From assembly GCA_045159875.1 (NCBI GenBank), contig CP067995.1, positions 1,312,001 to 1,376,000 of the forward strand: DNA of 64,000 nt, written 5' to 3'. Source of the DNA: a cyanobacterium endosymbiont of Rhopalodia gibba (GTDB taxonomy: Bacteria > Cyanobacteriota > Cyanobacteriia > Cyanobacteriales > Microcystaceae). The notes below the pieces were generated by a model that did no database searches, had not been told where the DNA came from, and saw only the letters and a program-made list of their open reading frames with translations. The position numbers and the translations under genes are program-made. The first letter of the stretch is position 1. Each line of letters begins with the position of its first letter. Positions 1-11,545 of this stretch are shown piece by piece.

Positions 1-10
1 AATCAATAAT

Positions 11-1159
11 TTGCCTGAGTATATTTCATCAATTCAAAGTATCTCCCGTGCAGACTTATTACGTAAAACTGGACAAATGATTATTGAAGCAATTAAAGTC
101 AACCGAGCTATTCCCGAAGACATCGCTATTATCGCCCCGGGATTAGATGAAATTGCCCGTTATACTTTGATTTCAATTATTTCAAACGCCGGAATCCCTA
201 TTCAACCCCTAAATGAACAAAGATCTTTAATTAGTTATTCGATAGTCCGTGCTTTATTATCCTTATTGGGGTTGGTATATCCAGGGTTAGGAAGACTGAT
301 TTTAACTGATGATGTCGCCCAGATGTTAACGGTATTAAGTCAACAAAGCATAGATGAGACTCAAACTTTAGTTCCGGCAATCGATCCAGTTAGGGCGGGC
401 TTAATTGCCGATTATTGCTACCATATAGATCCGGAATGCCCAAAATTATTATCTATTGAAATTTTTTCTCGTTGGGATCGTCTGGGACATCTTGCTACCA
501 AAGCTTATCAAGCAATTTGTCAATGGATCACCGATAGTCAAACTCTGTTACAAAAGAAACCATTAACCACTCCAGTAACTATCTTAGATCGGGCAATTAA
601 ACACTTTATAACGATCAGGAGTCACATACCTTACGATCAAATTGCAGCATTACGGAAATTGATGGAAACTGCCCAACATTTTTGGGAAGTTGCTCGTCGT
701 TTACATCAACATCATGCTACACCTCCACCACACGGGGAAACCCTGATTAAGTTTATTCAATTGTTGCGTCGTGGAACAATTACAGCAAATCCTCAACCCG
801 TTCGTTATTTTGGTAAAACACCTGGTTTTGTTACATTGGCAACGATTTTTCAATACCGTTCATTACGTAATTCCCACCGTTGGCAATTTTGGCTAGACGC
901 ATCTTCAATCTTATGGGAGAAAGGGGGAGCATCAGTGTTGTTTGGTGCACCTTTATTTGCACGAGAATGGACAAGAAGAATGTTAACTCCTGAAGATGAA
1001 TTGAAAGCTGATAAAGCCCGTCTAAAACGGATTTTAAAGGATTTGTTGGGACGTGTTGAAGAAAAAATTATTTTATGTCACAGCGATCTCAGCATAAAAG
1101 GAACCGAACAAACTGGCCCTTTATTAACTTTGGTTAATAGTTCTTTAGAGTTTACCTAG
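11..1159 (+). CDS. Conserved cyanobacterial hypothetical protein, 5'-partial (often labelled 'recombinase family protein')
   Basis: 382-aa ORF whose frame is open to the window edge; motifs IAIIAPGLD, DPVRAGL, LRRGTITANP, WQFWLD recalled from a conserved cyanobacterial family. Confidence 0.55.
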   Translation: MPEYISSIQSISRADLLRKTGQMIIEAIKVNRAIPEDIAIIAPGLDEIARYTLISIISNAGIPIQPLNEQRSLISYSIVRALLSLLGLVYPGLGRLILTDDVAQMLTVLSQQSIDETQTLVPAIDPVRAGLIADYCYHIDPECPKLLSIEIFSRWDRLGHLATKAYQAICQWITDSQTLLQKKPLTTPVTILDRAIKHFITIRSHIPYDQIAALRKLMETAQHFWEVARRLHQHHATPPPHGETLIKFIQLLRRGTITANPQPVRYFGKTPGFVTLATIFQYRSLRNSHRWQFWLDASSILWEKGGASVLFGAPLFAREWTRRMLTPEDELKADKARLKRILKDLLGRVEEKIILCHSDLSIKGTEQTGPLLTLVNSSLEFT

Positions 1160-2570
1160 GAGGAGTTAAGGAACGAAGAGAAAAGATGAAAGAAGTAGAA
1201 AAAAAGTAAAGAGGGGCAATGCTGACTACCATAATTATTAGAAGTTGAAAACCTTTTAACTATTTAGTTGCAATTAAGGATTTCGCAATTAACTAAAATT
1301 GTTCCTCACTTTCTCAGACCTAAGACAATCAAACGGATATTACGATTGACTATATACGGTATAGGAAAACTTGTATCAAAAAGTAGAAATTTACATGATG
1401 CTGAACCTGATTGGCATACTCTCTTAAAAAAAATAACGTTCCAGCAAAACCTCTTCCATTTTATGGATTGTTTTACAATACTCATCAACTTAAGGTGTAG
1501 CTACTAACGTCTACAATCTTTCTCCCGGCTCTAATTATAGAGAATAATATTAATTTTTCTAATAATTGCTTCAAAAAACTAAGTTTTTTCTACGATGCTA
1601 TCTGTCATTATTATATTTGATTCCTGGATTTCCATAAATATTTTTTAAAATAATTGTTTTAACCTAAATAATGAGACTCCAAACTTGTCTTCTGATTAAC
1701 TTTAATCTGACTCTATTTCTGTAACAATACGTCTATTTTTACTTGTGAATATTTTTTTAAATTTTATTTAAAAGAGAACTATTTATTGTTTAATAAGCGT
1801 TTTGATTCCCAGCCTTAGTCTCGGAATCAAACAATAATATCAGAGTTTTTTGGAAAAAATATTATCTTTGTTTGGTCCTAAACTCTTTCAGCATAATTTT
1901 GTTTTTTTATCCAACTAGTTACTTTTAATTTTTTCCATATTTTTCCATTTATATATACAGTTTTAATTTTAATTAGTTAGCTATTTTTTCAAAAATTTTA
2001 TCAATTAATAAATATTGATATCTTCCTCTTTTTTTAAAAAAATTATTCCTTAGATTTGTAGCTACTTCTTTTTTTATTTATTATTTTAATTGATAAAATA
2101 CTTAATATAAAAAAATCTGTTATTACAGAAAATACATTCTATTTAAGTATTATTTTTTGCAATTTTTTCAAAAAGAGATATTATTTTTTAGTTTGAGTAA
2201 AGGAATATTTGTAGGTAACTAAGATTTTATAGGTATTGTTTTTATCTAAATTATTTTTCTATTATTAGGAATTAATTTTTACAAGTAGATTCAGTACGAT
2301 TCAAAATTATAAAAGTTTTAAAAAAGTCAAAATATTTTTTCACTCAAACAGTCTTAATGCGTATTGAACATTAAGATTTAAGCTAAAATGGATAAAAATA
2401 TTCAACAATATAGTTGAAATTAAACAGATAAAATATATAGATAACAGAGTTTTTATTTTACTAAAAGTACTTTTTAAGTGCAGTAAAAATAGTGAATGTT
2501 AAATAACTTTAATTAACAAAAAATTATGTTAAATATTTTTTTTGCTTACTTGCTTTTAACGAAGATAAAT

Positions 2571-2612
2571 ATTATTACAGATATTATTATAATAAATAAT
2601 ATCTGTAATAAT
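2571..2612. repeat. Perfect inverted repeat, 18-bp arms, 6-nt loop
   Basis: ATTATTACAGATATTATT (2571-2588) and AATAATATCTGTAATAAT (2595-2612); a second imperfect hairpin follows at 2616-2640. Confidence 0.85.
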
Positions 2613-3432
2613 TAAAGAGGTTATTTATTAAATAGCCTCTCAACCAAATAAAACTTATTTTATATAAAAAAATAATTGATTTGTATAAATACAATGGTCT
2701 GAACAAACCAGTTTATGCAAAGTTTATAGAACCTTTCTATAAGTGAAAAATAACTAAATATCGTATAAAAACATGTACTAAATAAAACTCATATAATAAT
2801 TATTGATGGTTTTTAAATTCTCAAAAAATATACTTTTATTCCTAAAACATAGACAATAGTTTCTTCCCCTTTAAATAACAACGTAAAATATACTCGAACA
2901 TATATGCAAAAAAAAATATCCGATTATTCAAGATTTATCTTGATACTTTTCTTCCTTAGCTAGTCATGATACTATGAATGAAGACTAAGTCTAACATCAT
3001 ATGACATAGTGTAGAATTTCTTGTTTTGCTATTTTCTATTCTCCATAAATATACAGAATAAACTAAAATTTTAAAAAAATTTATTAATGTGTTAAAACAG
3101 GCTATTTTAGTTTTTAAAAATATCTTTTATTTAAAAATATATTGGCTCTTTTAGACTAAGTATTGTTAATTGACAACTAATGACTTCACGAACTATTAGT
3201 CTGACTGTATTTTCTAATTTTTAAAAAATTTTATCTATTTTAAAAAAAATTTTTATAATCTCAAAAGCTTTATTCAATAAGACTTTAAACTTTTATCTGT
3301 TATTATTTTTATGTTCATTCTAAAATAGCTAATTTATTAACTTAAGACAATTATTAGATTGACACAATGTAACTAGTTATCGGAAAAATTGTCGAGTACG
3401 GTGAATATTAAAATAAATAAAGAGAGTAAATC

Positions 3433-4119
3433 ATGGAAATTAATACAATTTACAACTCTAATTCAAGAAGAGCTGAACCATCAATACAAACTCAAGATAA
3501 TCATTGGCGTTCTTTAATTCTAGATTGTTCAATAGAGCATCAGAAGATATCAGACCAAGGATTACGGGCGTATATCACAGAGAAAGCTGAACAAGAAGAC
3601 TATCGAGGGGCTATTACTTTGCTTAACCAATTGATTAACCGTCATCCCAAAAGTGCTATGGATTACAATAACCGAGGGTTAATGTACTGTAAACAAGGAA
3701 ACTTTTTCAGGGCCATGGAAGACTTTGAACAAGCTATTATTCTCAACCCTTACCTCGACAAAGCCTATAATAATCGAGGCAACTGTCATGCTGATTTAGG
3801 TAACTTAGTCAAGGCGTTAGAAGACTACGAAATATCCTTAGACTTAAATCCTTATAATCAAAGAGCATGGATTAACAAAGGAATTACCTTACGAGAATTG
3901 GAATGGCACGATCTAGCCTTAGAAACCTTTGATTTTTCCTTAGTGATTGGAAAACCCCTTAAAGGAAGAATTTATGGAGAACGGGGATATACCTACTATC
4001 TTCGTGGAGATTGGAATTGTGCAACCGCAGACTATCGTCGCGCTTTATCAGAATTACTGATCGGTGATCCCTACATTAGTAAAGTCCAACGGCGGTTATC
4101 AGAACTTCTCAACTTTTAA
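3433..4119 (+). CDS. Tetratricopeptide repeat protein
   Basis: Repeated TPR motifs (YNNRG...A..DF..AI.LNP; AYNNRGN; AWINKG). Confidence 0.9.
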   Translation: MEINTIYNSNSRRAEPSIQTQDNHWRSLILDCSIEHQKISDQGLRAYITEKAEQEDYRGAITLLNQLINRHPKSAMDYNNRGLMYCKQGNFFRAMEDFEQAIILNPYLDKAYNNRGNCHADLGNLVKALEDYEISLDLNPYNQRAWINKGITLRELEWHDLALETFDFSLVIGKPLKGRIYGERGYTYYLRGDWNCATADYRRALSELLIGDPYISKVQRRLSELLNF

Positions 4120-4204
4120 GGGACCGATTACTTCAGAGTGATTGCTTACCGTTATACTTATAACTAATGTAATGACTTAAATAATATGTACAAATTTCAC
4201 TAAA

Positions 4205-4400
4205 CAGTGTTGGAAGACGTACGAAAACTAGGTTTAATCCGCCAAACAACTGAGGACAGTCCCAGCTCTAGCTAACTACTGTGAAAGTAGAGATGGTTAA
4301 GCGGTTCGGATGAGTCAGTGATACCTGGATACGAGTCCGGGATAGTTCACTATTAAGAAAGAGTACCGTCCAACAGACCTTTCCCTATCAGGAAAAACCG
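4205..4400 (+). ncRNA. Candidate structured non-coding RNA or long leader upstream of glgB
   Basis: GC-richer than neighbouring spacers, no ORF; nested pairings TGTTGGA/TCCAACA, ATCCG/CGGAT, CTACT-GTGAA-AGTAG, AGTGA/TCACT, CCTGGA/TCCGGG; possible -10 TATACT at 4153-4158. Confidence 0.5.
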
Positions 4401-4508
4401 CATCGGCATGACTAGGACTAGCAGGCTTTTTGGCAGCTAATTGTAAAGTAAGTAGTAAGATTTACTAGGGCAGTTTTGCCTTCGGAGTTTGTTAAGATTG
4501 GTAACTGA

Positions 4509-6815
4509 ATGACCCCAACTATTTCCCCTGATCAAGTTAATCAAATTGTCTACAACCTACACCATGATCCCTTTGAGGTGTTAGGTTGCCATCCTCTTAA
4601 TAACGATAGCTCTTCTCCTCAATGGGTGGTCCGCGCCTATTTACCAAACGCTCAAGCTGCTTGGATAGTATGTCCAGCCGAACGCCAAGAATATGAGATG
4701 GAAGCGGTTCATCACCCCAACTTTTTTGAATGTATTATTGAAACTTCCCAATTAAACAATTATCAACTGCGGGTCAAAGAAGGAGAAAACGAGCGAATGA
4801 TATATGATCCTTATGGTTTCTCTTCTCCTAACTTAACCGAATTTGATTTACATTTGTTTGCTGAAGGAAACCACCACCGCATTTACGAAAAATTGGGGGC
4901 GCATTCAGCGGAAGTTAACGGGGTAAAAGGGGTTTATTTTGCCCTGTGGGCTCCCAATGCTCGTAATGTTTCTATTTTGGGAGATTTTAACCAGTGGGAT
5001 GGACGTCAACACCAAATGCGTAAACGCCTCAATAATGTTTGGGAATTGTTTATTCCCGGGATTGGTGTGGGAGCCCACTACAAATATGAAGTTAAAAACT
5101 GGGAAGGCCATATTTATGAAAAATCTGATCCCTATAGTTTTTTTCAGGAAGTTCGTCCCAAAACTGCCTCTATTGTTGCCGATCTTGAAAGCTATCAATG
5201 GCAAGATGCTGACTGGATGGAGAACCGCCGCAATCAAGATCCCCTCAGTCAACCAATTTCAGTATATGAAGTTCATTTAGGTTCATGGTTACACGCTTCT
5301 TCGGAAGAAAAAACCCCTGTTCTTAATGGAGAATTAGCTCCTGTCCAAGTCTCAGAATGGAATACAGGAGCGCGTTTTCTCAGCTATTATGAGTTCGCGG
5401 ATAAGCTAATTGCCTATGTGAAGGAATTGGGGTATACCCATATTGAATTGTTACCCATTGCTGAACATCCGTTTGATGGTTCCTGGGGGTATCAAGTCAC
5501 CGGATACTATGCTCCTACCTCGCGTTATGGCCGTCCCGAAGATTTCATGTATTTCGTAGATAAGTGCCATGAAAATTCTATTGGGGTCATTGTAGACTGG
5601 GTTCCAGGTCATTTTCCTAAAGATGGTCACGGGTTAGCTTTTTTTGATGGCACTCACCTCTATGAACATGCTGATTCTCGTGAAGGAGAACATAAAGAGT
5701 GGGGGACTCTCGTCTTTAACTATGGACGTAACGAAGTTCGTAACTTTTTAGTGGCTAATGTTCTGTTTTGGTTTGATAAGTATCATATTGATGGCATTCG
5801 AGTAGACGCAGTTGCCTCTATGCTTTACCGTGATTATCTGCGAAAAGATGGGGAATGGATAGCAAACGAATATGGTGGACGGGAAAATCTAGAGGCCGCT
5901 GATTTCTTGCGACAAGTTAACAGTGTTCTTTATAGCTATTTTCCAGGGGTATTATCCATTGCTGAAGAGTCTACTTCCTGGCCAATGGTTTCTTGGCCTA
6001 CTTATGTCGGGGGACTAGGATTTAACCTCAAGTGGAATATGGGGTGGATGCATGATACACTCGACTATTTTGGGATCGACCCTTGGTTTCGCCAATTTCA
6101 CCAAAACAATATCACCTTTAGTATGTGGTATCACCACAGTGAAAACTATATGTTGGCATTGTCCCACGACGAAGTGGTACACGGCAAAAGCAACATGATG
6201 GGAAAAATGCCAGGAGATGAATGGCAAAAACATGCTAACGTACGCGCGTTATTTAGCTATATGTTTACCCATCCTGGGAAAAAGACCATGTTTATGAGCA
6301 TGGAATTTGGCCAATGGAGTGAGTGGAATGTTTGGGGAGATTTAGAATGGCATCTGTTGGAATATAACCCTCACCGACAGCTTAAACAGTTTTTTACTGA
6401 ACTAAATGCCCTTTATAAAAGTGAACCCGCCCTTTATGACCGTGATTTTGAAGAAGAAGGGTTTCAGTGGATTGATTGTAGCGATAACCGTCATAGTGTA
6501 GTGTCTTTTATTCGATGGAGTAAAAAACCTACAGAGTTTGTGATTGTTGTTTGCAATTTCACCCCCCAACCTCATAGTCATTATCGAATTGGTGTTCCTG
6601 AAGAGGGATTTTATACTGAGTTATTTAATAGTGATGCTAGGAAATACGGCGGCAGTAATATGGGAAATTTAGGAGGTAAATGGACTGATCAATGGTCATT
6701 CCATAGCCTTCCCTGTTCTCTTGATTTATGTTTGCCACCTTTAGGAGTTTTAATTCTGAAGTTAGATCGAACTAAGACTCAAACGATAGTAGAATCTAAG
6801 AATTCATCAGGTTAA
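4509..6815 (+). CDS. glgB: 1,4-alpha-glucan branching enzyme (GH13)
   Basis: 768 aa; [57 protein letters not shown]. Confidence 0.97.
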   Translation: MTPTISPDQVNQIVYNLHHDPFEVLGCHPLNNDSSSPQWVVRAYLPNAQAAWIVCPAERQEYEMEAVHHPNFFECIIETSQLNNYQLRVKEGENERMIYDPYGFSSPNLTEFDLHLFAEGNHHRIYEKLGAHSAEVNGVKGVYFALWAPNARNVSILGDFNQWDGRQHQMRKRLNNVWELFIPGIGVGAHYKYEVKNWEGHIYEKSDPYSFFQEVRPKTASIVADLESYQWQDADWMENRRNQDPLSQPISVYEVHLGSWLHASSEEKTPVLNGELAPVQVSEWNTGARFLSYYEFADKLIAYVKELGYTHIELLPIAEHPFDGSWGYQVTGYYAPTSRYGRPEDFMYFVDKCHENSIGVIVDWVPGHFPKDGHGLAFFDGTHLYEHADSREGEHKEWGTLVFNYGRNEVRNFLVANVLFWFDKYHIDGIRVDAVASMLYRDYLRKDGEWIANEYGGRENLEAADFLRQVNSVLYSYFPGVLSIAEESTSWPMVSWPTYVGGLGFNLKWNMGWMHDTLDYFGIDPWFRQFHQNNITFSMWYHHSENYMLALSHDEVVHGKSNMMGKMPGDEWQKHANVRALFSYMFTHPGKKTMFMSMEFGQWSEWNVWGDLEWHLLEYNPHRQLKQFFTELNALYKSEPALYDRDFEEEGFQWIDCSDNRHSVVSFIRWSKKPTEFVIVVCNFTPQPHSHYRIGVPEEGFYTELFNSDARKYGGSNMGNLGGKWTDQWSFHSLPCSLDLCLPPLGVLILKLDRTKTQTIVESKNSSG

Positions 6816-6850
6816 TGATGAATAATCAATAGTAGAGCAAGAACTAATCT

Positions 6851-6874
6851 AGGGGTCAACAGTTGTTGATTCCT
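6851..6874. repeat. Degenerate REP-like palindrome / hairpin between convergent genes
   Basis: AGGGGTCAAC-AGTT-GTTGATTCCT, resembling the cyanobacterial GTAGGGGTCAAC..GTTGACCCCTAC repeat type; lies between the 3' ends of glgB and the TSUP gene. Confidence 0.5.
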
Positions 6875-6905
6875 CATAATTTTTGAAAGTCGTTCATTCC
6901 CAATT

Positions 6906-7688
6906 TTACGTTCTGCTATAGCTTTGCCAAGCTTGCCAAAAAGTATAAACGGCTAGAATGCCCAACAGTCCATAAAAACAAAATCGAACCATTCTATCGG
7001 GTAACTTCGATAGAAGACTAGTACTTATTCGTGAACCAACTAATCCTCCGGCTCCTAATATAAGTCCAATAGGGAATAAAACATTTCCTTGTAAGGCGTG
7101 GCCTATAGTGGCAGAAATAGTGGTAATAACAATAACTCCTAAACTCGTCTGAATGGCAATTTTAATGGTTTCTCCTAAAAATAATATCTGTAGCGGAACA
7201 ATAATAACCCCCCCACCAATACCGAATAAACCTGCGAGAAATCCGGCGGTTCCTCCGGTTCCTAAACGAGCTATTATCGGAAGAATTTTGATGTTTTTAG
7301 TATAAGTAGAAGCTGGTCGGGTAGCTAACCGTTGACGTAAGTTTCCTAAAAAAATATTAATAATCAGTAAAATCCCCAAAGTAGTTAACAACATATAATC
7401 GGGAAGTAAATTAGCAGTATGTACTCCAAATTGAGCTGTAATTAAGGCTGGAGATCCTAAAAGGATAACGCGCTGTAAATCTAAATAACCCATACGCCAA
7501 TTCTGAAGACTTCCTGATAAAGAGGTAATAACAATGGCTAAACTACTTGTGGCAACAGCCTGTACGGGAATATAACCAATGGTTACTAATAAAGGAACTA
7601 ATACAGTTCCTCCCCCAATGCCTAATAGTCCAGCCAACAACCCCGAAAATAAACCACTAACAATTAAAATTAATAAATTATCTAGCAT
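6906..7688 (-). CDS. Sulfite exporter TauE/SafE (TSUP) family membrane protein
   Basis: Twice-repeated GLLGIGGG / GLFGIGGG..VP motif, ATSSL / QTSL, hydrophobic 260 aa. Confidence 0.9.
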   Translation of the reverse strand: MLDNLLILIVSGLFSGLLAGLLGIGGGTVLVPLLVTIGYIPVQAVATSSLAIVITSLSGSLQNWRMGYLDLQRVILLGSPALITAQFGVHTANLLPDYMLLTTLGILLIINIFLGNLRQRLATRPASTYTKNIKILPIIARLGTGGTAGFLAGLFGIGGGVIIVPLQILFLGETIKIAIQTSLGVIVITTISATIGHALQGNVLFPIGLILGAGGLVGSRISTSLLSKLPDRMVRFCFYGLLGILAVYTFWQAWQSYSRT

Positions 7689-7798
7689 CTGGCAATTTCA
7701 GCACTCTGGTATTTCATGATTGATTGTAAGCATCAATAGTTATTAACTGAGTTATTAGTTTAAAATGGATCGTAAACTATCAACATATTCGAAAATTC

Positions 7799-8437
7799 AT
7801 GGATATTGGAGCCTTAAGAGAAGAATACACACACAATGGTTTATCTCGTGAAAACCTTAAAACTGAACCGTTTAAACAATTTGAAACCTGGTTTCAACAG
7901 GCTGTTAAAGCCGAGCTGCCTGAACCAAACGCCATGAGTTTAGCAACTGCTTCAGCTCAAAGTGAACCCTCATTAAGAACCGTTCTTTTAAAATACTTTG
8001 ATACTCAAGGGTTTGTTTTTTTTACAAATTATGAAAGCAATAAAGCTAAACAGATAGAAAGAAATTCCTCTGTTGCTCTCTTATTTCTTTGGCTTCCTCT
8101 GGAACGTCAGGTCAAAATAAAGGGAAAAGCCGCTAAAGTTTCAACGGCAGAATCCCTTAAATACTTTGTCACTCGACCAAGAGGAAGTCAACTAGGTGCT
8201 TGGTCTTCTTCTCAGAGTTCTATTATCTCTTCTAGACAACTTTTAGAAATGAAGTTTAATGAAATGCAGCGTAAGTTTGAGCAAGGAGAAATTCCCCTTC
8301 CTTCATTTTGGGGTGGCTATCGAATTGTTCCTCATTATTTTGAGTTCTGGCAGGGTAGACCTAATCGATTACATGATCGCTTTTGTTACAATCTACAGGA
8401 TAATAAAACTTGGGAGATTTACCGTTTAGCTCCTTAA
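7799..8437 (+). CDS. pdxH: Pyridoxamine 5'-phosphate oxidase
   Basis: [35 protein letters not shown]. Confidence 0.96.
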   Translation: MDIGALREEYTHNGLSRENLKTEPFKQFETWFQQAVKAELPEPNAMSLATASAQSEPSLRTVLLKYFDTQGFVFFTNYESNKAKQIERNSSVALLFLWLPLERQVKIKGKAAKVSTAESLKYFVTRPRGSQLGAWSSSQSSIISSRQLLEMKFNEMQRKFEQGEIPLPSFWGGYRIVPHYFEFWQGRPNRLHDRFCYNLQDNKTWEIYRLAP

Positions 8438-8639
8438 AATTTTATGTCTTATGAAAAAACTTATTAAGATTAACTAATTTAATTTGAAAAAACTCAAAAA
8501 TTATAGTCTAGTATAGAAACTGTATTCTGGTGCTTTAGTCAAAATACATCAAAGGTGATGTCATTAGAGATCATTGTTAGAGGCAATTCCAATTTTTAGG
8601 TTTTATTTGAAACTTTACTTAGTTAATTTTAAAGATATA

Positions 8640-10010
8640 TTAATCTTCTCCTCGTCGCCGTTGAGATGTTCTTTCCTCACTAGTATCTTCAGCTACGACC
8701 TCATATAAAATAGCTAATCCGTTTTTGCTGGTTCCTTTGCGTAAAATTCGACCTAATCTTTGAATATACTCCCGTGCGGAACCTGTTCCCGATAAAATAA
8801 TTGCAATCTTAACTTCAGGAACATCTACACCTTCATTGAGAACATGAGAAGTGACTAAAGTCGTGTAAATTGCCTCTCTAAATCGAGTTAAAATCTCGTA
8901 ACGTTCTTTCACAGGAGTTTGGTGAGTAATGGCGGGGATTAAAAATTCTTGGGAAATTCGATAAACGGTGGCGTTATCATTAGTAAAAATCAAGATAGAT
9001 TCTTCGGAATGTCGGCAAATTAAATCCGTTAGTATTCTGAGCTTTCCATCAGTTCCTGCTGAAATTTCTTTGGCCTCCCTATGAGCCAACATCGCTCGTC
9101 TTCCTGAAGAAGATCTAGAACTTATTTTGACAAAAAATTGCCAATCATTTAAATTTTTCAAAGAAATATTAGACTTTCTTAAAAATTCATTGCGAATAAT
9201 GATCGCTTGTTTATATCTTTCTTTTTCTAACTCGGATAATTTAACTTTAATTTGAACGATTTGATATTGCGCTAAAGTTTTTCCCGCGAGATCTTTCACC
9301 CCTTTGTGATAAACTACCGGACCAATAAGAGTTTCTAAGTCCCGATGACTGCCATCAACCCTTTCTGGCGTTGCTGTTAACCCTAACCGATAGGGGGCAA
9401 TAGCGTATTCAGCAATGACTCGAAAAAAATCTGTCGGTAGATGATGACATTCATCAAAAATAAGAAAAGCATATTGATTTCCCAAGATTTCCGCATGAAT
9501 AGCTGCACTATTGTAAGTAGCGATTAAAATGGGAGTGTGATCACGCGACCCCCCTCCTAATAACCCCACCTCCACATTAGTAAACTCCTCCATAATTCGA
9601 GTGTACCATTGGTGCATTAAATCCAAGGTAGGAACCAAAATTAAAGTAGCCTTGGGAGTAGACTCTAGAGCTAATTGGGCTAAATAAGTCTTTCCCGCTG
9701 CTGTGGGAAGGACAACTACCCCTCGACGGTTATGTTCTTTCCAAGCAGCAAGGGCTTCAAGTTGATGGGGATAAGGAATTCGTTGGAAACTATGCTTTAA
9801 TTCTAATGAAATAAAAGCTTTCGCTTCATCAATAAAGTAAACTTTGTCAGCTTGTAGAGTCTCTACTAAAAGGTGATAGTGAATGGCTTGAATACGGAAT
9901 TTTCCGATGCGAACATCCCAAGTTGCCAATTTTCTCCAAGCTTTTCCCCTGGGGGGAGGATGAAGAATTAGAGTTCCGCGATCATATTTAAGTTTTGGGA
10001 AACAAGGCAT
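8640..10010 (-). CDS. SF2 DEAD/DEAH-box helicase (XPB/Ssl2-like)
   Basis: LPTAAGKT (motif I), DECHH (II), LGLTAT (III), LNEGVDVP, IQRLGRILR (VI). Confidence 0.9.
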   Translation of the reverse strand: MPCFPKLKYDRGTLILHPPPRGKAWRKLATWDVRIGKFRIQAIHYHLLVETLQADKVYFIDEAKAFISLELKHSFQRIPYPHQLEALAAWKEHNRRGVVVLPTAAGKTYLAQLALESTPKATLILVPTLDLMHQWYTRIMEEFTNVEVGLLGGGSRDHTPILIATYNSAAIHAEILGNQYAFLIFDECHHLPTDFFRVIAEYAIAPYRLGLTATPERVDGSHRDLETLIGPVVYHKGVKDLAGKTLAQYQIVQIKVKLSELEKERYKQAIIIRNEFLRKSNISLKNLNDWQFFVKISSRSSSGRRAMLAHREAKEISAGTDGKLRILTDLICRHSEESILIFTNDNATVYRISQEFLIPAITHQTPVKERYEILTRFREAIYTTLVTSHVLNEGVDVPEVKIAIILSGTGSAREYIQRLGRILRKGTSKNGLAILYEVVAEDTSEERTSQRRRGED

Positions 10011-10180
10011 TTTTGGGAAGAGGAGGTGAGTTGGTCAAGACTAACAAAACTTAATTGTATCTAACATAATCATCAAGATGAAATGCTTAGGAACAGTTGA
10101 ATATTTTTTCCAAGAGTGAGATGAGACAAGCTAAAATGAAATTATTTGAAATTTTAGCGAAGGTTAAATACTTCATTCCC

Positions 10181-11545
10181 ATGACCCAAAGCTATCAACA
10201 AGGAAGTCTCGTTGAACTAGAAATTACTAATCTTAGTAACAGTGGTGATGGCGTTGGACATTTTGAAGGACGTGCTATTTTTGTTGCTGATACTGTAACG
10301 GGTGATCACGTCTCAGTCCGATTAGTTCACCTCAAAAAGCAATACGCCTACGGAAAATTACAGAAACTTCTCTCTCCTTCCCCACATCGTCTCCGTCCCT
10401 CTTGCATCGTGGCTGATAAGTGTGGAGGTTGTCAATGGCAGCACATCGATGAGACTTACCAATGTATCGTTAAACAGAACCACGTCATCAAATCTCTAGA
10501 GCATATTGGTGGGTTTGAGAATCCTCCTGTTGTCCCCATTTTAGCACAGAAAACGGGGCTAGGCTATCGTAATAAGGTTACCTATCCCCTAGGACGTTCA
10601 GCTACAGGCAACGTTCAAGGAGGCTATTTTCGCAAAAATAGTCATCAAATCATTAACCTTAACCAATGCCCTATCCAAGATTCTCGTCTTGACCGTCTCC
10701 TAGCCGAGGTAAAAAAAGATATTCAAGAACAAGGGTGGTCTATTTATGATGAAAAACGTCATCAAGGAAAACTACGTCATCTTTCTCTAAGGATAGGACG
10801 GCATACCGGAGAAGTACTTTTGACCTTGGTTAGTACCGACAAAAAATTGCAAAATGTTGATACACAGGCACAGACATGGTTAAAAAGGTATCCTGATTTA
10901 GTCGGAGTTTCCCTGAATCATAACCCTAATCGGGGCAATGTCATTTCCGGAGAAGAAACTCTAACTATTGCTGGTCGTTCCCATTTACGGGAAATTTTTG
11001 TAGGTCTCGAACTACACTTAGGGCCTGATACATTTTTTCAGGTCAATACCGAAGCGGCCGAAACCCTGATAAACAAAATTACTGAACAACTTAATCTAAC
11101 GGGAACCGAACAGTTAGTTGATGCTTACTGCGGTATAGGGACTTTTACCTTACCTTTAGCTAAACAAGTACAACAAATTATTGGTCTAGAAATTAACTCT
11201 AATTCGGTTACCCAAGCGAGGAAAAATGCCCAACTTAATGATATTAACAATGTTTCGTTTTTGCTGGGAACTGTCGAAAGCTTATTACCCCAAGTATCAT
11301 TCTTACCTGATATTGTAATTCTTGATCCTCCTCGTAAAGGCTGCGATAAATCAGTCATCGAAACTCTCAGGAACGTTCGACCATCTTATATCGTCTATAT
11401 TAGCTGTCAGCCACCAACCCTAGCACGAGATCTCCAAAGATTATGTCATGAAAAGGTTTATGAGTTAATTTGGGTACAACCGAGCGATTTTTTTCCACAG
11501 ACTGTCCACATTGAATGTGCAGCCTTGTTAAGACTCAATTCTTAA
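10181..11545 (+). CDS. rlmD: 23S rRNA (uracil-1939-C5)-methyltransferase
   Basis: TRAM N-terminus, CGGCQWQH, FFQVN, DAYCGIG, LDPPRKG, YISC, DFFPQT; ATG at 10181 preferred to the TTG at 10097. Confidence 0.93.
   Translation: MTQSYQQGSLVELEITNLSNSGDGVGHFEGRAIFVADTVTGDHVSVRLVHLKKQYAYGKLQKLLSPSPHRLRPSCIVADKCGGCQWQHIDETYQCIVKQNHVIKSLEHIGGFENPPVVPILAQKTGLGYRNKVTYPLGRSATGNVQGGYFRKNSHQIINLNQCPIQDSRLDRLLAEVKKDIQEQGWSIYDEKRHQGKLRHLSLRIGRHTGEVLLTLVSTDKKLQNVDTQAQTWLKRYPDLVGVSLNHNPNRGNVISGEETLTIAGRSHLREIFVGLELHLGPDTFFQVNTEAAETLINKITEQLNLTGTEQLVDAYCGIGTFTLPLAKQVQQIIGLEINSNSVTQARKNAQLNDINNVSFLLGTVESLLPQVSFLPDIVILDPPRKGCDKSVIETLRNVRPSYIVYISCQPPTLARDLQRLCHEKVYELIWVQPSDFFPQTVHIECAALLRLNS

Noticed and set aside
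1268..1507. Overlapping short ORFs 1268-1507 (+) and 1306-1488 (-)
   Set aside because: No recognisable motifs; possibly a pseudogene remnant in another frame, but not assignable
4250..4351. Resemblance to RNase P RNA (GAGGACAGTCC) or a tRNA T-arm (GGATACGAGTCC)
   Set aside because: Other RNase P conserved regions and a cloverleaf are absent; treated as an unknown structured RNA instead
4905..6233. Alternative-frame and antisense ORFs within glgB, and likewise within rlmD, rpsB, tsf, argC, acnB, DUF3769, aroC, sir, gloB and the mannosidase
   Set aside because: Shadow ORFs of well-supported genes with no independent evidence
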